64,000 nucleotides of DNA. Source: the human T2T-CHM13v2.0 reference genome, Homo sapiens. The stretch lies in NCBI RefSeq assembly GCF_009914755.1, contig NC_060937.1, one strand, 5' to 3'. The notes beneath the pieces were generated by a model. The model was not told the DNA's origin and made no database searches. It saw only the letters and a program-made list of their open reading frames with translations. Positions 1-19,073 of this stretch are shown piece by piece (positions within the stretch are counted from its first letter, which is position 1; each line of letters begins with the position of its first letter). The position numbers and the translations under genes are program-made.

Positions 1-1093
<1,093 letters not shown>

Positions 1094-2102
1094 AATTGAG
1101 TCACAGATCCTAGGTTAAGAAAAACAAAAAAATAGTTATGTTAAAAATACAAAAATAAAAACAATATTGCTTTTTGTAGATATAAATACTGAAAAAACAA
1201 ATATTTTAAATGCAGCATTTTTTTTTTTTTTGGTTAGATGGTTACTAAGGCAAAAAGTACAAAATGCAGATAAAAAGACCTTAGCGTGAATCACAGATCT
1301 GCACTAAAACATTCATATAAAACTTAGCAATTTAATTAACTCCCGTGTACTTCAATATTATTATTTTAAATGGTAATGAGAATTCAGACTTCAAACATTT
1401 ATTGTGAGAAGTTTATGAGTTAATGCAAGAGAAGAATTTCTGGTGGCTAATGAACATGCAAAAGCAAATGTTTTTCACCTTACAAATATATAATGTTGCC
1501 TTAACAGTACTTTTTATAAAAAAAATTTAATAAGTATATGTAAAAATCATAAAATTAAATTAAATTGAAGAGATTTAAAATAAGTGTATGTATGAATAAT
1601 TAAGAGTAGATTATTAAAATGCAAACCAGAAAAAATAGTTGCTTTATTTTTACTCAATTTTTATGTAACTTCTTCCCATATCATTTTGTATGTAGGTGTT
1701 AAAAAAAGACTAGTACAATTGTATAATTCTCCCAACATTAATTTTCAAATATTACCTGTAACATAAATTATTTACTATAAAATATTGTATCTACAACTTC
1801 AATGTTTAAGTTTTTTATTTGTAGTTTCCCTCTTGAAAAGAAATCTGTATATATTCGGTGCAGTTTTAGAAATACATATCAAATCTTGAATTAGATAACA
1901 TTTGGCTTTTTCACTATTCCAACTCTTTCTCATAGACATTATTATATTGGTTATATTATGTATACGACAATTTGAATAAAAATAACGAAGTGGGAAAAAT
2001 GTTCTATTAGAAACAAATCATTAATATAAATTTATATTAAGAAGGTATGGTACTAACATTAGCATAGATTAAAAAGTATATAAAAATATACTCTCACGTC
2101 TG

Positions 2103-2455
2103 TGCTGTTGTATGAACGTTCGTATCTACCTCAAATTTTCAGTGTTGAAATCTAATCCCAAGGTAATAGTATTAAGATGTAAAGGCATTGGGGAGTGACT
2201 AGGTCATGGGATTAGGACTCTTATAATGGGAATAGTGCACTTATAGACACCAGAGAGCTAATTCACCCCTTCGCATTGTGAAGACACAGCTACCAAATAC
2301 TGTCTATGAATCAGAAATTCCTCATCGGACATTGAATCTGGTGATGCTTTTATCTTGGCATTCCTGGCCTCCAGAACTGTATGGAATAAAGTTCTGTTGT
2401 TTAAAAGTCACTCCGTTTATGGTATTTTGTTATAGTGGCCCAAAAGGACTAAGCC
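2103..2455 (+). mobile_element. MaLR solo LTR (MLT1A0-like)
   Basis: tgttgaaatctaatccc...ctccagaactgt...aataaa...ggtattttgttatag...ggactaagcca resembles the MLT1A consensus. Confidence 0.8.
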
Positions 2456-2667
2456 ATCTGGTCACGTAATATATAGAAAAGGGTGGTTTTCAAAAAGAGT
2501 AGTGTATATTATAGAAGTTTCACTAATGGTGTTTATTGAATTGGGAATCCGTATGAAAATAAATGAACTACACTTTCACTTTTACAGTAAAATAATTTCA
2601 GTAGATTAAAGATCTAAGTGTTAAAAGTGAAATAATCTTTTAAATAAATAAAACACAATTGACATGA

Positions 2668-2986
<319 letters not shown>

Positions 2987-3099
2987 AGGGACAGGTCTTT
3001 TTTCTGTTTTTCAGCAAACACAAAATCACTATGGAGAAAAATATTTCAAATTTGACTATATTACCTTAAAAGTTAGAAAAAAAATCTTTTTCAACGAAA

Positions 3100-3730
3100 A
3101 TATAAGTAGAATAGTAAATCTAAATCACCAGCTAGGGATAATGCATGCCATACATGTAAGCAGTTAAATTTTTGATAGATAATACATAAAAGGCTCACAT
3201 CTCCCAATACAGAGAAACATAGAGAATTGTGTAAATGAATGGGCAAAAGACTTAAATAGGCAGTTCTCAAATATAAATATAAAATGAGAAACATAATGCT
3301 TAATATCATTAAAAACAGAGAAAATAGAATCTAACAATCAAGGATATGCCAAGAAATACCCATAACATTTAAGTTGACAAGACAAGAAATTCTGCAAAGC
3401 CAAAGGTTGTGGGGGCATGTAGAGTAGTGAGAACTTTTATGCATCACTAGTTGAGTTATAATTGGATTAACAACCTTGGAGTACTATTTGCATATTTGAT
3501 GAGTGTGAATATGTATATATTCTGAGACGCAAGTATTCCACTCCCAGGTATCACCTATAAAAGTGGTTACACATATGTGAAAATATTCATAGTAGCATTG
3601 TATAAAACCATCAAAAATTATTAATTCATGCATTTGCCCATTATGAAAAATTACTTTGCTTTCTAAAGGTAGGATAGACCCCTGTGAGTCATTACAGTAA
3701 CTTGTACTCAATATAGACCAATGTGTTCTT
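3100..3730 (+). mobile_element. Old L1M 3' region fragment
   Basis: aatgggcaaaagacttaaataggcagttctc and caagtattccactcccaggtat resemble decayed L1M ORF2 end/3'UTR; boundaries approximate. Confidence 0.55.
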
Positions 3731-3746
3731 GAAACAGTTTATACTA

Positions 3747-4117
<371 letters not shown>

Positions 4118-4277
4118 TTAAACTAGTCAGGAATTACAAAGCTGAAGTTGTGTCCTAGAAGTAGTCCCTTGATATAATAGGAAAATAAATCAAAATTTAT
4201 TTAAATATATATATATATATATATAAGTCATGGCTAATAGCTTATCTTGAATAAGTTATACCTTTCTAATAAATACT

Positions 4278-5100
4278 TTAAAAGCAGTAACGATTTTTGT
4301 GATAGGCCAAACTGTAACATGACTCCAGTGTTTCTCTTAAATGAACAGTCCTGTATTTTTTTGAGTTGGAGTCTCACTGTGTCACCAGGCTGGAATGCAG
4401 TGCTCACTCCAAACTCCGCCTCCTGGATTCAAGGGATTCTCGTCTCTCAGCCTCCTGAGTAGCTCGGATTACAGATACGCGCCATCACACCCAGTTAATT
4501 TTTGTGTTTTTAGTAGAGACAGGGTTTCACCAAGTTGGCCAGGATAGTCTCGATCTCCTGACCTTGTGATCTGTCCGTCTCAGCCTCCCAAAGTGCTGGG
4601 ATTATAGGCTTGAGCCACTGTGTGCAGTCTAACTTGGTTTTAACCAATAGAATATGACAAAGGTGAAGCAATAGCACTCCTGTGACCATGTTTTGTTGGA
4701 GTATAGCCAAGGTAAAAGGATTTTGAAAATTTAATAAAGGCCCCTAATAAGTTGACTTTAAGTTAATAGAAAGTAAATTATCCTCCTTAGGCTTGACCTA
4801 ATCAGGCTAGCCCTTTAAAAGACAGTCTGAAAATCAGAGATTTTTTTCTGCTGTCTTTGAAGAAGCAAAACTCTTCTCTGATATATAAGGCTTTGAGGAA
4901 ATTCATTCTACCAATACTGTGTAAGCTTGGAGCTTGGAGATGACCTAGAACCTCAGATGAGTCCCCAGCCCTGACACCTTATTGCAGTGATGAATGCCCC
5001 AGTAGTAGACCCAGTTTTGCCATGCCCATACACTTCAACTATGGAAACTATGTGATAACTAATGTCCATTATTTATTTCCATTAAATTTGTGAGAGCATA
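4278..5100 (+). mobile_element. MaLR LTR (MLT1E-like), interrupted by an Alu
   Basis: taaccaatagaatatg...gttgactttaagttaat...gcttgacctaatcagg...aaactatgtgataactaatg; boundaries approximate. Confidence 0.6.
4355..4628 (-). mobile_element. AluSc-like with a small right-arm deletion
   Basis: ctgtgtcaccaggctgg (Sc-type) and gtctcgatctcctgaccttgtgatc; short T tract. Confidence 0.9.
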
Positions 5101-5699
5101 TAGAGCATATATAGAAAAGTGAGTTACTCAAAATTAAAATTAAAATAATGATTACATATCTTCTCAAATAATTTAACAAATATTTCTCATTTCTGGGCTG
5201 GTAAATTAAATTTTTATAACTCTATGGAATATTAGTTTTGTATCTTTCTCTTTTCTTTATGTTCCCCATCTGAGCCTGGCTGGTCAGAATCTATATTTTA
5301 AAAAAGCAGCAGTAATATGTCTAATCTACTCCTGTTCAATAACCTTGGAGAAAGCTTTGAAATTCCTTTGGCCTCAGTTGGTTTTCTGGCAATATGGTGG
5401 TCTCCAAAGGGACTATGTGAATGTTAAGTAGGTGCACAAGCTGCTCCATTGTTGGTTGAAGAGATACTGTGAGGGCATTTATTTCATTTATTTGTCATTG
5501 CAAACTATTAAAAATCCAGTTTTCAGATTGCTATTATTTAAATGATACATTTCTATGATTATGTGCACATTAATCTTAATGATGTCATTCAAAAACAAAA
5601 CTACCTACCCAAACACTCAGCCTAGACACTGACAACATAAACCATGCTTTACTGTCTATATTAACATAATTCTACTATTCCATGGTCTTCATTAGCATT

Positions 5700-6075
5700 A
5701 TTTTAATTTTCCTAAATGATCCTTCCCAAGAAGAATGGTTTGCATATTCATTATAGAAAGTTTCTGAAAGACTTATGACTCCTCAACAGAAAGTATCAAC
5801 AATTTGGGGGCTAAGTTGCTATAAATTCCTCCTCTTAAAATCCTTTTCATACATTCCCAACAATCCTATGTTGGTTTTATTAGCTTTACCAAATCCAATC
5901 AAGTCCTCTCCTTGAACCACCCTCCTTTAATTGAACTTCCAAATCTGACTAGATTCAGAGTTTACCTTCTCAGAGATACTGACAGAGCTTTGAAACATGG
6001 TGTTTTCCCTTATCAATGGAGACAATAAATTCAACTTGTCTATTAACTTGTTATTTGTTTATATTAGGAGACAAA
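5700..6075 (+). mobile_element. Old ERV1-class LTR fragment (MER67-like)
   Basis: ggtgttttcccttatc...caataaattcaacttgtc...gttatttg resembles the MER67 3' half. Confidence 0.45.
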
Positions 6076-7684
6076 TGACTTAAGGACAATATAATATTTA
6101 TGAAACATTCTAACTCTAAAGTTCTGCACTGATTAAAATGATTTCATCCTTTAGATTTTTGCATTCCTAAAAATGGTATTTTCTTTTGTATTTTGAACCA
6201 TTTATCTTTCTCTTGCTTGCATTGAATGAGCCATGAAGCAATGTTAGTATGGTAGATTTTGAAATATTTTAAAATGTCTTAAAGTCCTATTCTTGTACAT
6301 TTAAATAAACAATTTTAGAAAAAAATGAACAGCAATATTTTCGAAAGTTCTAATAATTATTTTGTTACTTAATAACATTTACATTTTCAATTCAAATTTA
6401 CAAAATTATTTGGAGAATGTATCCTAGGGATACCACACATTAAGGACCTGATCTCCCACAATAAACTCTGGACTTGGCTTTTATTTGTCTTTATCATTTC
6501 AGTAGTGCATGACACATGACTTTATATGAGATATTCTTAATATGACCATTTTGAATTACAGTTTTAAAAGAATGATGATTATATGGCAATTGCCCTGTTT
6601 TAATTCTTTATATACAGATATTTAAAAAATATTTATATATATATAGCTTGTAGCAAAATCAGAGATAAGAAATAAAAACACGAGCAAGTGTATCATAATT
6701 GTTTTTTGGTCCATAACATCTGCAGGAAATAACTGAACGTTTCAGGGACATGTATGGGTACTTGGTTTTAGATAGGAGGTCTCAGGTCCCCGTGTAGTTT
6801 TTGCAGTGAATCATGTAACATGTTAAAACATGGTATGTTATGTAAAATATTAAAGCACTGTGATAATATTTCCCAAAATTACCTGTATGCTACAGACTAA
6901 TATTCCCTATTACATTATATTAATTATTTATAATATTATTAAATAAGTAAATTACTAACTTGTTAAGATTATAAGGAATGACTTAAAATTATAAAGGTTC
7001 TTTTCAGGTTAATAAAGATGTATATTATATTGTTATATATCCAAGTAATATATCAACATAATACTTTAAAAATAATTAATATGTTGCTATAGGGAATTAT
7101 TTCTTTAAAATTCAGTTAAATTAGATTGTTCAATATTTTATTTAACTTCTCACAGACACAAGTAGCTAAGAACTGAAAGGAGTAATTTGCAGAGTAAAGT
7201 CAAGACTGCTGCAAATCCCCACACCTGCTAAAACTCACTCCTCTGCTAGCCACAGCTGGAGGAAGAAAATGACTCCTGATTTCTATTTTACCTTCCAAAT
7301 CTCAAGCACATGCTTTTCTTTGGCAGAATTTAAACTTGGATAGTGGTGTCAAACGCTTCTGGGAAATGCAATTCCAAGTCATCCATTCTCTGTGTAACTG
7401 GGGATATTATAGGTGTAGGGAAAAATAGTGTTGTATACCAATGGACATTCTTGAGGAGTTCACCAATGCTCTTCATAAACTTGATCTTGAATTACTCAGT
7501 GTCATACCTCATTTTATCATTTAAGTGTTGAGGTATAAAAAAGAATTTCATCATTTAAATCAATATTGTATTTATATTTATCACCACTATTTAGACATAC
7601 TTCTTTATTATTAAAAATTTAGTACTTTAGTCCTTTTGTTTCATGCAATGTTTTATTGACCAAATATGATTTTGGAAAATGCCC

Positions 7685-7850
7685 AAGCTCCAAATTAGCT
7701 CCACTGGATTTCCAAACTGCATGTATAACAACTTATCTGACATTTCCCAAAAAATGTCTAATAGACATCTTAAACTGAACAGACCAAAGAGACCAAAGAG
7801 GTACATTCAACTTCCTTCTGTACTTTTCTTCCTTATCCAGGAAAGGACAT
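7685..7850 (+). mobile_element. L2 fragment
   Basis: tctgacatttcc...aatgtctaatagacatcttaaactgaaca resembles L2. Confidence 0.5.
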
Positions 7851-8612
7851 AATTTTATACACTTAGTTATCATGTCATGCATCACCTAATTCAGGAAACT
7901 CTTGAAAGTAAACGGGGATGCTACTATTAATTAGGTTGAGATAATAGTCATAAAGCAGCAAAATATCTGCTTGATATCTCTGTCTATTTGCAATGGCTAT
8001 CCTGTCTGCTCTACCACCAAAAGACGTCTTTGTAGGCTACACTAACATCAACATGACATTTCATTTATTTATGTAGAATATATCATGAAATGCTTTTTAT
8101 ACTATCCACAGAGTTATGTAGCCAGCATTGAAATATATTTTTCTGCATATCTTACTTCCTGAAAGCAACTCTGTGCCCATAACAGTCACTCCCCAGCTCC
8201 TCACTCCCTTCTATTCCCTACCAACCACTAATCTCCTCTTTAGCCTATATACTTGCATGTTCTGGACATTTAATGTAAATGAAATCAGTCAATATCTCAT
8301 CTTTCGTGACTGAGTTCTTGCACTTAGCATAATATTATCAAATTTTCTCCATGCATCAATACTTCATTTTTTTCAATGCCAAATAATATTCAGTTGTTTG
8401 GATATACATTATACAAGTGCCTTGATATATGCAGGGAATTGTTCCAGGACTCCCATGTGTAGCACAATTTATACATACTCTAGTCCTGCTGTAGGCACTG
8501 CAAAACCCATATATTCAAAAGTAGGCCCTCCATGTATGCAGGTTTCTCATTCAGTGAATACTGTATTTTAGAATCACATTGGTTGAAAAAAAAATGGGCA
8601 TATAAGGGAACC

Positions 8613-11067
<2,455 letters not shown>

Positions 11068-12561
11068 AAACCCCTGCAGTAACCTCTGTTTTTCAAGGGT
11101 TAATTATATCTTGTTTATGCACTATTTGATATGCTGTTGAGGTATTTCCCCCTTTCCATTGTTATAGATGCTAGTATAAAGGTTCCTGTACAGTTATTTA
11201 CTAGAAAAATATTTTCATTTGTTTTTGGTATATAACTATAAAAGGAAATGTTGGGCTCTATTAACTCTATGTTTAACTTGTTGAGAAACTGTCAAATGAT
11301 TTTCAAAGTGGCTGCACTATCTCACATTGTAAATCACAGTATAAGAGAGTGCTCATTTCTTCATATCAACACAAACACTTGTTATCATCAGTCACTTTTA
11401 TTTAGCCATCCTAGTGGATTTAAAATGGTATTTCATTTGCATCTTAACCTCTCTAATGACTAATGATGCCTAGTATTATTTTCATGTGTTTATTAATCAT
11501 TTGTATCTTTGACTTGGAGAAATGTCTATTCAAATTCATTGACCATTTGAATTTGGTTATTGAGATTAATTGGATTATTGGCCTGTTAATTAAATAACAT
11601 GTACATTTAATGTACCTAAAAGAGAATGGACAAGGGTTTACAAATGAAATAATGGGACGAAGATTTTAATAAAACCTATGCATCTCTTTCTTGACTAATT
11701 GGGTGTTTGTCTAATATTTCATGGTAGGAACTGAGCTGCTGAGCCTGGTGAAACTAGTAGTTCCAGTTATGAATTCGCATGCTTTATGATGCATTTTTCG
11801 CTACACACATCACTCACCTGAAAAAAATGCATAAATTGTCATATGCTATTTTAAACCAAGTTCTGCTGGCTACAATAGTGCTGTAAGTTGTACTAATTGA
11901 TTTATATGGTTTGCCATGAAATACCTTATTTATAAATTATAACATTGAAATAATTTAAATCAAGTTTACTTACTACAATTTAGAACTAAACTTTTATCAC
12001 TAAGATTTAAGTTCAATTGTTAAGACAAAGAGGGGAAGGGGTAGCATTTTTTAGCTTCAGTGACCTGTAGAATTCTTTCCAAAACATCTTTACCACATAA
12101 AAATGTTAATATTATGGGGGCTGAGGTTATATCATTTACAATTATAGCTTTAAACTGAATGTCTTCTGTATTTACTATTAAATATATATGTCACATCTTC
12201 CAGAAATAAAACTAATAATATGGTGTTTACCTGTCTTCTTGTTGAGAAGCAAAACAGGCATGGGATTCTGGACAAGTTGATTAAAGTCATTGGGCTGCCT
12301 CTTCCAAATCTTTAAAATTAAGATAATAAATGTAATTATCTCATAGGGTTATTATGCATATAAAATGGTCAATATTTGTGAAATGGTAAAAAGTGTATCT
12401 AACAAATTTTAACCATTAATAATACTAAAACAAACAAATAGGTCACTTGAAGATACATTTTTGTTTCAGGCATTCACTTTAACAAACCAACAACACTCTT
12501 TTTTGCTTTACCAAGATAAAAAACAGCCATATTATCTATTTTATAAAATAATTATAGTGTT

Positions 12562-12860
<299 letters not shown>

Positions 12861-13994
12861 ATTATTATAGTGTCAATATACATATAACTATTATGATGTA
12901 CATATTTTATTATACCAAATATGAAAATACATTGCAATGCTAACAAACAGGAATTTAACATCTTACTTTTCTAAATGTAACTTCTATAACATAGTATTAA
13001 TTTAGGATAAAATCAAGACATAGTAAAACTAAGTAATTGAGAATGTTTTCCTTTAATTAGAAATTTTAAGCTCAATTAATTTCCCTTCATGGGGGAAACC
13101 AGAATTGATAAAAAATGAGACTACTTTTTATTAATTTGAGAGGGAAGAGATAACTTTTTGTTTACTATATGCTTAGTTATTTACATTTTCATCCAGAATA
13201 TATAATAGGAACTAATGTTGAATGCTAGCTATATACGATACATTTTTAATCACTATTCTACAATAAAACATTTTAAAATTATATAATATTATCTCCTAAT
13301 CTAGGACATTAGTATAAGATATCTACTAACTATGCATGACAGGATATTAGCCTCTTTTTCTTTTCACTTAACTACATTTTTATCACAAAATGTAGGATAT
13401 TTATGTATGCATATGTGTTTTATAAGGAAGACCTATGTAATCAGATTTCTAGGGATCTATTTGAATGAAGGATCAAAGTGCCTCTGGGAAATATCTTTTC
13501 AATGAAACAGCAATTTTTTGTTTCAAGGCACGACATATTTCACTATGAAAAAAACATAGCCAAAACATGGGATTTATAACCAACAATACACTGGAGAAAA
13601 ACGCACAAAACACAAAGCTAATTTCGTATTAAACTAGTTGGGAGAATAAGGCCTAGAAATGTTGACTGAATGTATCCTTCATTGTCTCCTCTGTAGAAAA
13701 TCCTTCAAATTCACTTGTATCTTTTTCTTAGCACATTGAACCCTTAAATATTTAATAATGAAATAAATTTTATTTTTATTTCAGTTAAATTTGATGGGAT
13801 AGACTGCCTTTTAAATGTTATGTTACCATCCTGTAATATATTAATGGACCAATTCACTTAACAAAATGAAGTTTCTTGGGAATATTTTACAGGACCAGGA
13901 GACCAAGAGTCACAAATTTTTATGAGAACGATGAACCAGTATGAAAAGATATATAGGAAGGGAGATTGCTTTTCAAATCTTTTGATTTGCTACA

Positions 13995-15010
13995 ACTTTA
14001 AACTTACATGGTCATTGCAAGAATAATACAATTAATTTTCTTAGAACATGTACCCAGTTTTATAGTTGTTAACATTTTATCTCATTCTCTCTATTCATAA
14101 GTTTACATGTATACATATGTTTGTTTTTCAGAACCTCTTGAGAGCACCTTGGATGTGCTGGACCCCTTTACCCCTAAATACTTCAGTTTGTATGTTTAAA
14201 GAAAAAGGGAATTTTCTTACATAACAACAGAAATGTAAAATGCTAGAAAATTTAACATTGAAACACCACCAATGTAACCTGTAGTCCATATTTAAATATC
14301 AATTGTTCCAATAATGACCTTTATAGTTTACAGTTGCTGCTTCCAGGATTATGTGCAGAATCACATATGGTATTTAGCTGTCATATCTTTTAAGCATCTA
14401 TTAATCTGGAACATTTCCACAGATTTAATTTCTGTTTCTTAACCTTGACATTGTTAAAAAGTACAGGCCAGTTATCTTTTGCAATTTCTCTAAATTGACC
14501 TTTTCTGATATTTCCTAAAGATTAGATTCATGTTATGCAGTTTGTCAGGCATACCACACCTTTGGTGCTATGTCCTTCTCAGCACATCATAGCTGAAGAC
14601 ATATGTATAATGTGCTTTTCATCCAGTATTGGTAACATTAGCTTTTATCACTTAATTAAGAAGGTGACCACAGTTTTTTCCTGTAACATTAATAAGTGCA
14701 ATTAATGAATAAGCTTGCTGTAGGTATCTAACTTGAGATTATAAAAAAATTCTGTTGTTTATCAAATTTGAAATATTTGAGGATTTTTTTGGTATACACA
14801 CACACACACTTATATACAATTTTAACTTCTGCTATAAGAGAGATCTTTCCTTTATTTCCTTTTTATCTGCCCTCCCCCCTTTTTCCCCGTCCTTCTTTTC
14901 TTCCTTTTTTCCTTCCTTGTTTCCTTATCTTTCTATTTAATGGGTTATTGTTTTGTTTAATGAGTGGTATTACACAATGTGGCATTATTTATTTTGATGC
15001 TCAATTTGTA
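13995..15010 (-). mobile_element. Old L1MC4/5-type 3'UTR, with a CT-rich low-complexity tract at about 14845-14935
   Basis: cccctaaatacttcag...ttcttacataac...aaatttaacattga...aattgttccaataatgacctttatag. Confidence 0.7.
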
Positions 15011-15861
15011 AGGAAAATTATTGAGTAGAAATTCACATATACTCTCTCAAATTCTATTCTTGCCTATTTTCCGTGGATAATATTTGAGTCTAGGTACAAG
15101 ACGTTGCAAATAAAAGCTGAAAGGGTTGAATGAAATCTGAAAGAAAAACATATTTTTACAATTTATGTAACAGAATATTTTTTAAAGACTGAAGGTAAGA
15201 GATTTGACTTCCAGAAAAAAATACACGATGTAAATACACATAGTTGATCTAGTGTTTTGTATACCAAAGGAAACCAGGCTAATATCTTGGGCAGCAATAC
15301 AAAAATAAACCATTAGCCAAACCAGTAGCTCCTTTGACATCAAGCTCTGATTGCCCTGGTACAAACATGGAGGAACATTTACTATGCATAACACTCTTGC
15401 AATTCAAATGAAATCCCGTAATAGTGACACCTTTAGCAATCATTGCCAGTCATGATCATTCTGGGGCTTTCAGAGTCATGACCATTAAGGCCGTGAACAC
15501 AATGACCGAAAGCAAGAGAGAAGAAAGTTAGTGACAGCTATATAGGAGTGATATGAGTAGTGCCTTCAAAGTCTCAAATTCTAAACTGATACAGATATAA
15601 TATAAATAAACAAGAAAGGCCACATTAAAATATAAAAAAACACAGCAATTTGGTTGCTTACTATTATGTGAAATAATATATATTTATTATTTTTAAATAT
15701 ATTTATTTAAAAGTAATTTGCCATGTCTTTCTCATCTTCAATTGAAATGTTCATTTCTAAAGTAACACATATTAAAAACAAACTAACAAAGACACAAACT
15801 AAAACACTTTGGGCCATTGTTGTGTAGATTTGTCTAAATATTTCTCCTTCTATAACTCTAA

Positions 15862-16162
15862 TTTTTTTTTTTTTTTTTTTTTGAGACAGAGTTTCACTCT
15901 TGTTGCCCAGGCTGGAGTGCAATGGCACGATTTTGGCTGACTGCAACCTCCGCCTACGGGTTCAAGCAATTCTCCTGCCTCAGCCTCCTGAGCAGCTGGG
16001 ATTACAGGCATACACCACCACGCCTGGCTAATTTTGTATTTTTAGTACAGACGGGGTTTCTCCATGTTGGTCAGGCTTGTCTCGACCTCCCACCTCAGGT
16101 GATCCGCCCGCCTTGGCCTCCCAAAGTGCTGGGATTACAGGTGTGGCCCACCGCACCAGGCC
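15862..16162 (-). mobile_element. AluSp-like
   Basis: gtttcactcttgttgcccaggctggagtgcaatgg and tctccatgttggtcagg; TSD tccttct(a/g)taactct. Confidence 0.95.
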
Positions 16163-16429
16163 TCCTTCTGTAACTCTTGAATGATAGTCAGATGCTCACA
16201 TATCTTCTCTATATGATACCATACATCTGTCTGAGTAACTGAAATGTGCAGTTCCCTTTTTTAAGGTTTTATGACTTATAGATAAAATTTAAATTATGTA
16301 ATAAATATTGAATATTGAGTTACCTGTCACTTCTTTTATATACCTCTTTGGAAGCTCTTGAACTTATCATTGTCTCGTTCAAGCTGCTGCTAAAGTGATC
16401 AAATCACTATGTGTTCCAACTAATTAATG

Positions 16430-16800
16430 CAAGTGCAACTGAAAGGACCTCACCTCATATCCATACCATGTGAATCTCAGCTACTGCCTTGAGGTATCTA
16501 TGAATGCACAACTCAGAAGTGCCTGACATGTAACATCTTGGGAGTAAAACACCTACAAATCAGACACTAGAGCTGAAGAATCAAGTCTTTCCCATCAGTT
16601 TCCTGGGAGTTTCAGGGATTCTTAGAGGACATTCCTACCACATCTTCCATCAGTTGCCACGGAGCCAGCCCTCTCCATAACCTATTTGCACATTGGCTTT
16701 CTATTCCTTGCTCACTCCTCATGTTCCCTTTTGTTTTCTTGGATTACTTTCCTTGACAAAGTGCTAGCTAAAATGACATTGTTTCAGGCCGCACATTATG
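16430..16800 (+). mobile_element. Old ERVL LTR (LTR16-like)
   Basis: atgcacaactcagaagtgc...ttcttggattactttcc...aaagtgctagc...tgtttcagg; weak resemblance. Confidence 0.4.
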
Positions 16801-17760
16801 TGAAACTATTTGAAGAAAATATGACTGTCTTTTTGCATTTTACAGATGTCAATTTAGTCAGCAACATAATTTTAATTTGAATTAAAGACTAAAAAATGAG
16901 GCATAAACTATACTGAAGAATTTGTTTTAATTCCCTGAAATTTTTATTTTTTTTTGCCTTTTTCTAAGACAGTCTCTTGCTATAATAAAGAAAAAATGCA
17001 TGACTAAGAAGCAGTCTCTTAAAGTGTCTTTTGCCTTTAATCAGTATTGTACCAATTATGTTTCTGAGTATATAATTGTCTTTGCTCTCCTGAAAAGGAA
17101 AAATAATCAGTTTTCATGAGACAAAAATTGTGTCCCCAAATGTGAAAAAAACAATTTCTTTAAATTTCTCAAATTATAATCATGTAGGTTTCCTTGCAAA
17201 CCGTAATTACACAGTCTCCCTATAATTTCTTTCAGTACAGATTTAGCTCAAGTCTTCTGTATGATCATTGTATAGCAGTGATACAATAGCATCTCCTCAC
17301 ATAGCTCTGCTGTGGCTAAGATTTCCTGGCTCATATTTGCACAAAAGGCATGGGAAGCCAAGAAGCTGGAAAAACCAAAGATACATAAGAATTCATTTAA
17401 AAAAAAGTAACAGTTTTGAAAGCCACATTTGAATTCATTACTTGCAGTTCCTATAAAAATACCTTGCTACTGTGCATACTTTTCTTAGTTCTTGGTGAAA
17501 AAATCTTTTATTTATACATCAACTCCTCAAAGCAGCTATGAAAAAAAAGAAAATTATTAACATAACACTTGCTAACATTCCATATTTTCCTTCACTGAGT
17601 ATATTAATATAATGTTTTAAAGAGGCATATATTCTAAGAAAAACACTAACTTTGCTGAAAAACATTAGTTACTATACTAGAGCAATTTGAAACAATTGTA
17701 TGTTTCCTGTAAAATTCATATTAAAATATTTTTGCCATTTCTTTTCAGTTCTATGTAACA

Positions 17761-17774
17761 CCAGCAGGTGGCAG
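17761..17774 (+). promoter_or_regulatory. Candidate CTCF core motif
   Basis: CCAGCAGGTGGCAG fits CCASYAGRKGGCRS at all positions, in non-repeat-looking DNA. Confidence 0.45.
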
Positions 17775-18064
17775 GATTAAGGCACAAAAACGGCAAAATC
17801 TTTGAGAAATGTAAAAGAAATACATTATGCTTTTTTCAATGTCTTAGGATGGCAGTCATTTTTCTTTTTGTGCATACAGGTTACTAAAATCATTCATGGC
17901 TACTAGTCCTTAGCAGACACATCGTTTTCCTTAAACCAGCTGAAGCTGTGCCCTTTTAAGACTCTTCTGATCACAAATCACCATTGTGCTGCAGTAATTT
18001 TCAGCTTTTACCATAAAGTGAGTCCAAAGCATATGGTGTGCATAAATTTGGATTATCTTCATAC

Positions 18065-18557
18065 AGACAAAGATTCTTTGCTTGACCAAACTTTAGTCAG
18101 CCTCCGGAAACTTTTCCTAAGCCTGCCTGTGCACTTCCTTGCAAAATCCAGCTTTAGCAAAGAACCCTGCTAAATCAGGTTAGCTAGAATCAATCTCCCT
18201 CTCCCTGATGTCTAATCGCCCAAAATATTTAATCGGGTTCTTCATTCGCTGTCCTCCAGGAGATGTTTGATCGCCCTGGCCTGCCTTCAGCAGGAATCCT
18301 GCTAGGTCAGTGTAGCCAGAATACCTCTAATTCCTGATGTGTCCTATTAGTAATTTTTCATCCACTGACTTCCACCCTGCTCTGTGGCTATAAAGTCCCA
18401 CCTGCCCACGCTATATTCAGAGTGGAGTCCAATCTCTCTCCCCTACTGCAAAATCCCATTGCTGTGGTTCATATGTACCAATTGTGATGGTTTTGAATAA
18501 AGTCTGCCTTACAATACCTTAACAAGTATTGTTGAATAATTATTCTCTCTTTAACAA
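18065..18557 (+). mobile_element. MER31-like ERV1 solo LTR
   Basis: gattctttgcttgaccaaactttagtcag...gcaaagaaccctgctaa...gaataaagtctgcc...ctctttaaca. Confidence 0.8.
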
Positions 18558-18741
18558 TACTAGATTACAACAAGTATTGGGAAAATTGTTTGGGAAAATT
18601 GTTTATATGATGAGGACAAGACTAAAATTAAACTACTTTGCTTTTTAATACTCTAAGAGTTTATAGTGAATCTCTGATAGGACACTTTGCCACAGTTTTG
18701 GGGCAAGCCAGATAATGAGGTTATGGATTACAGGCCTTTTA

Positions 18742-19073
<332 letters not shown>

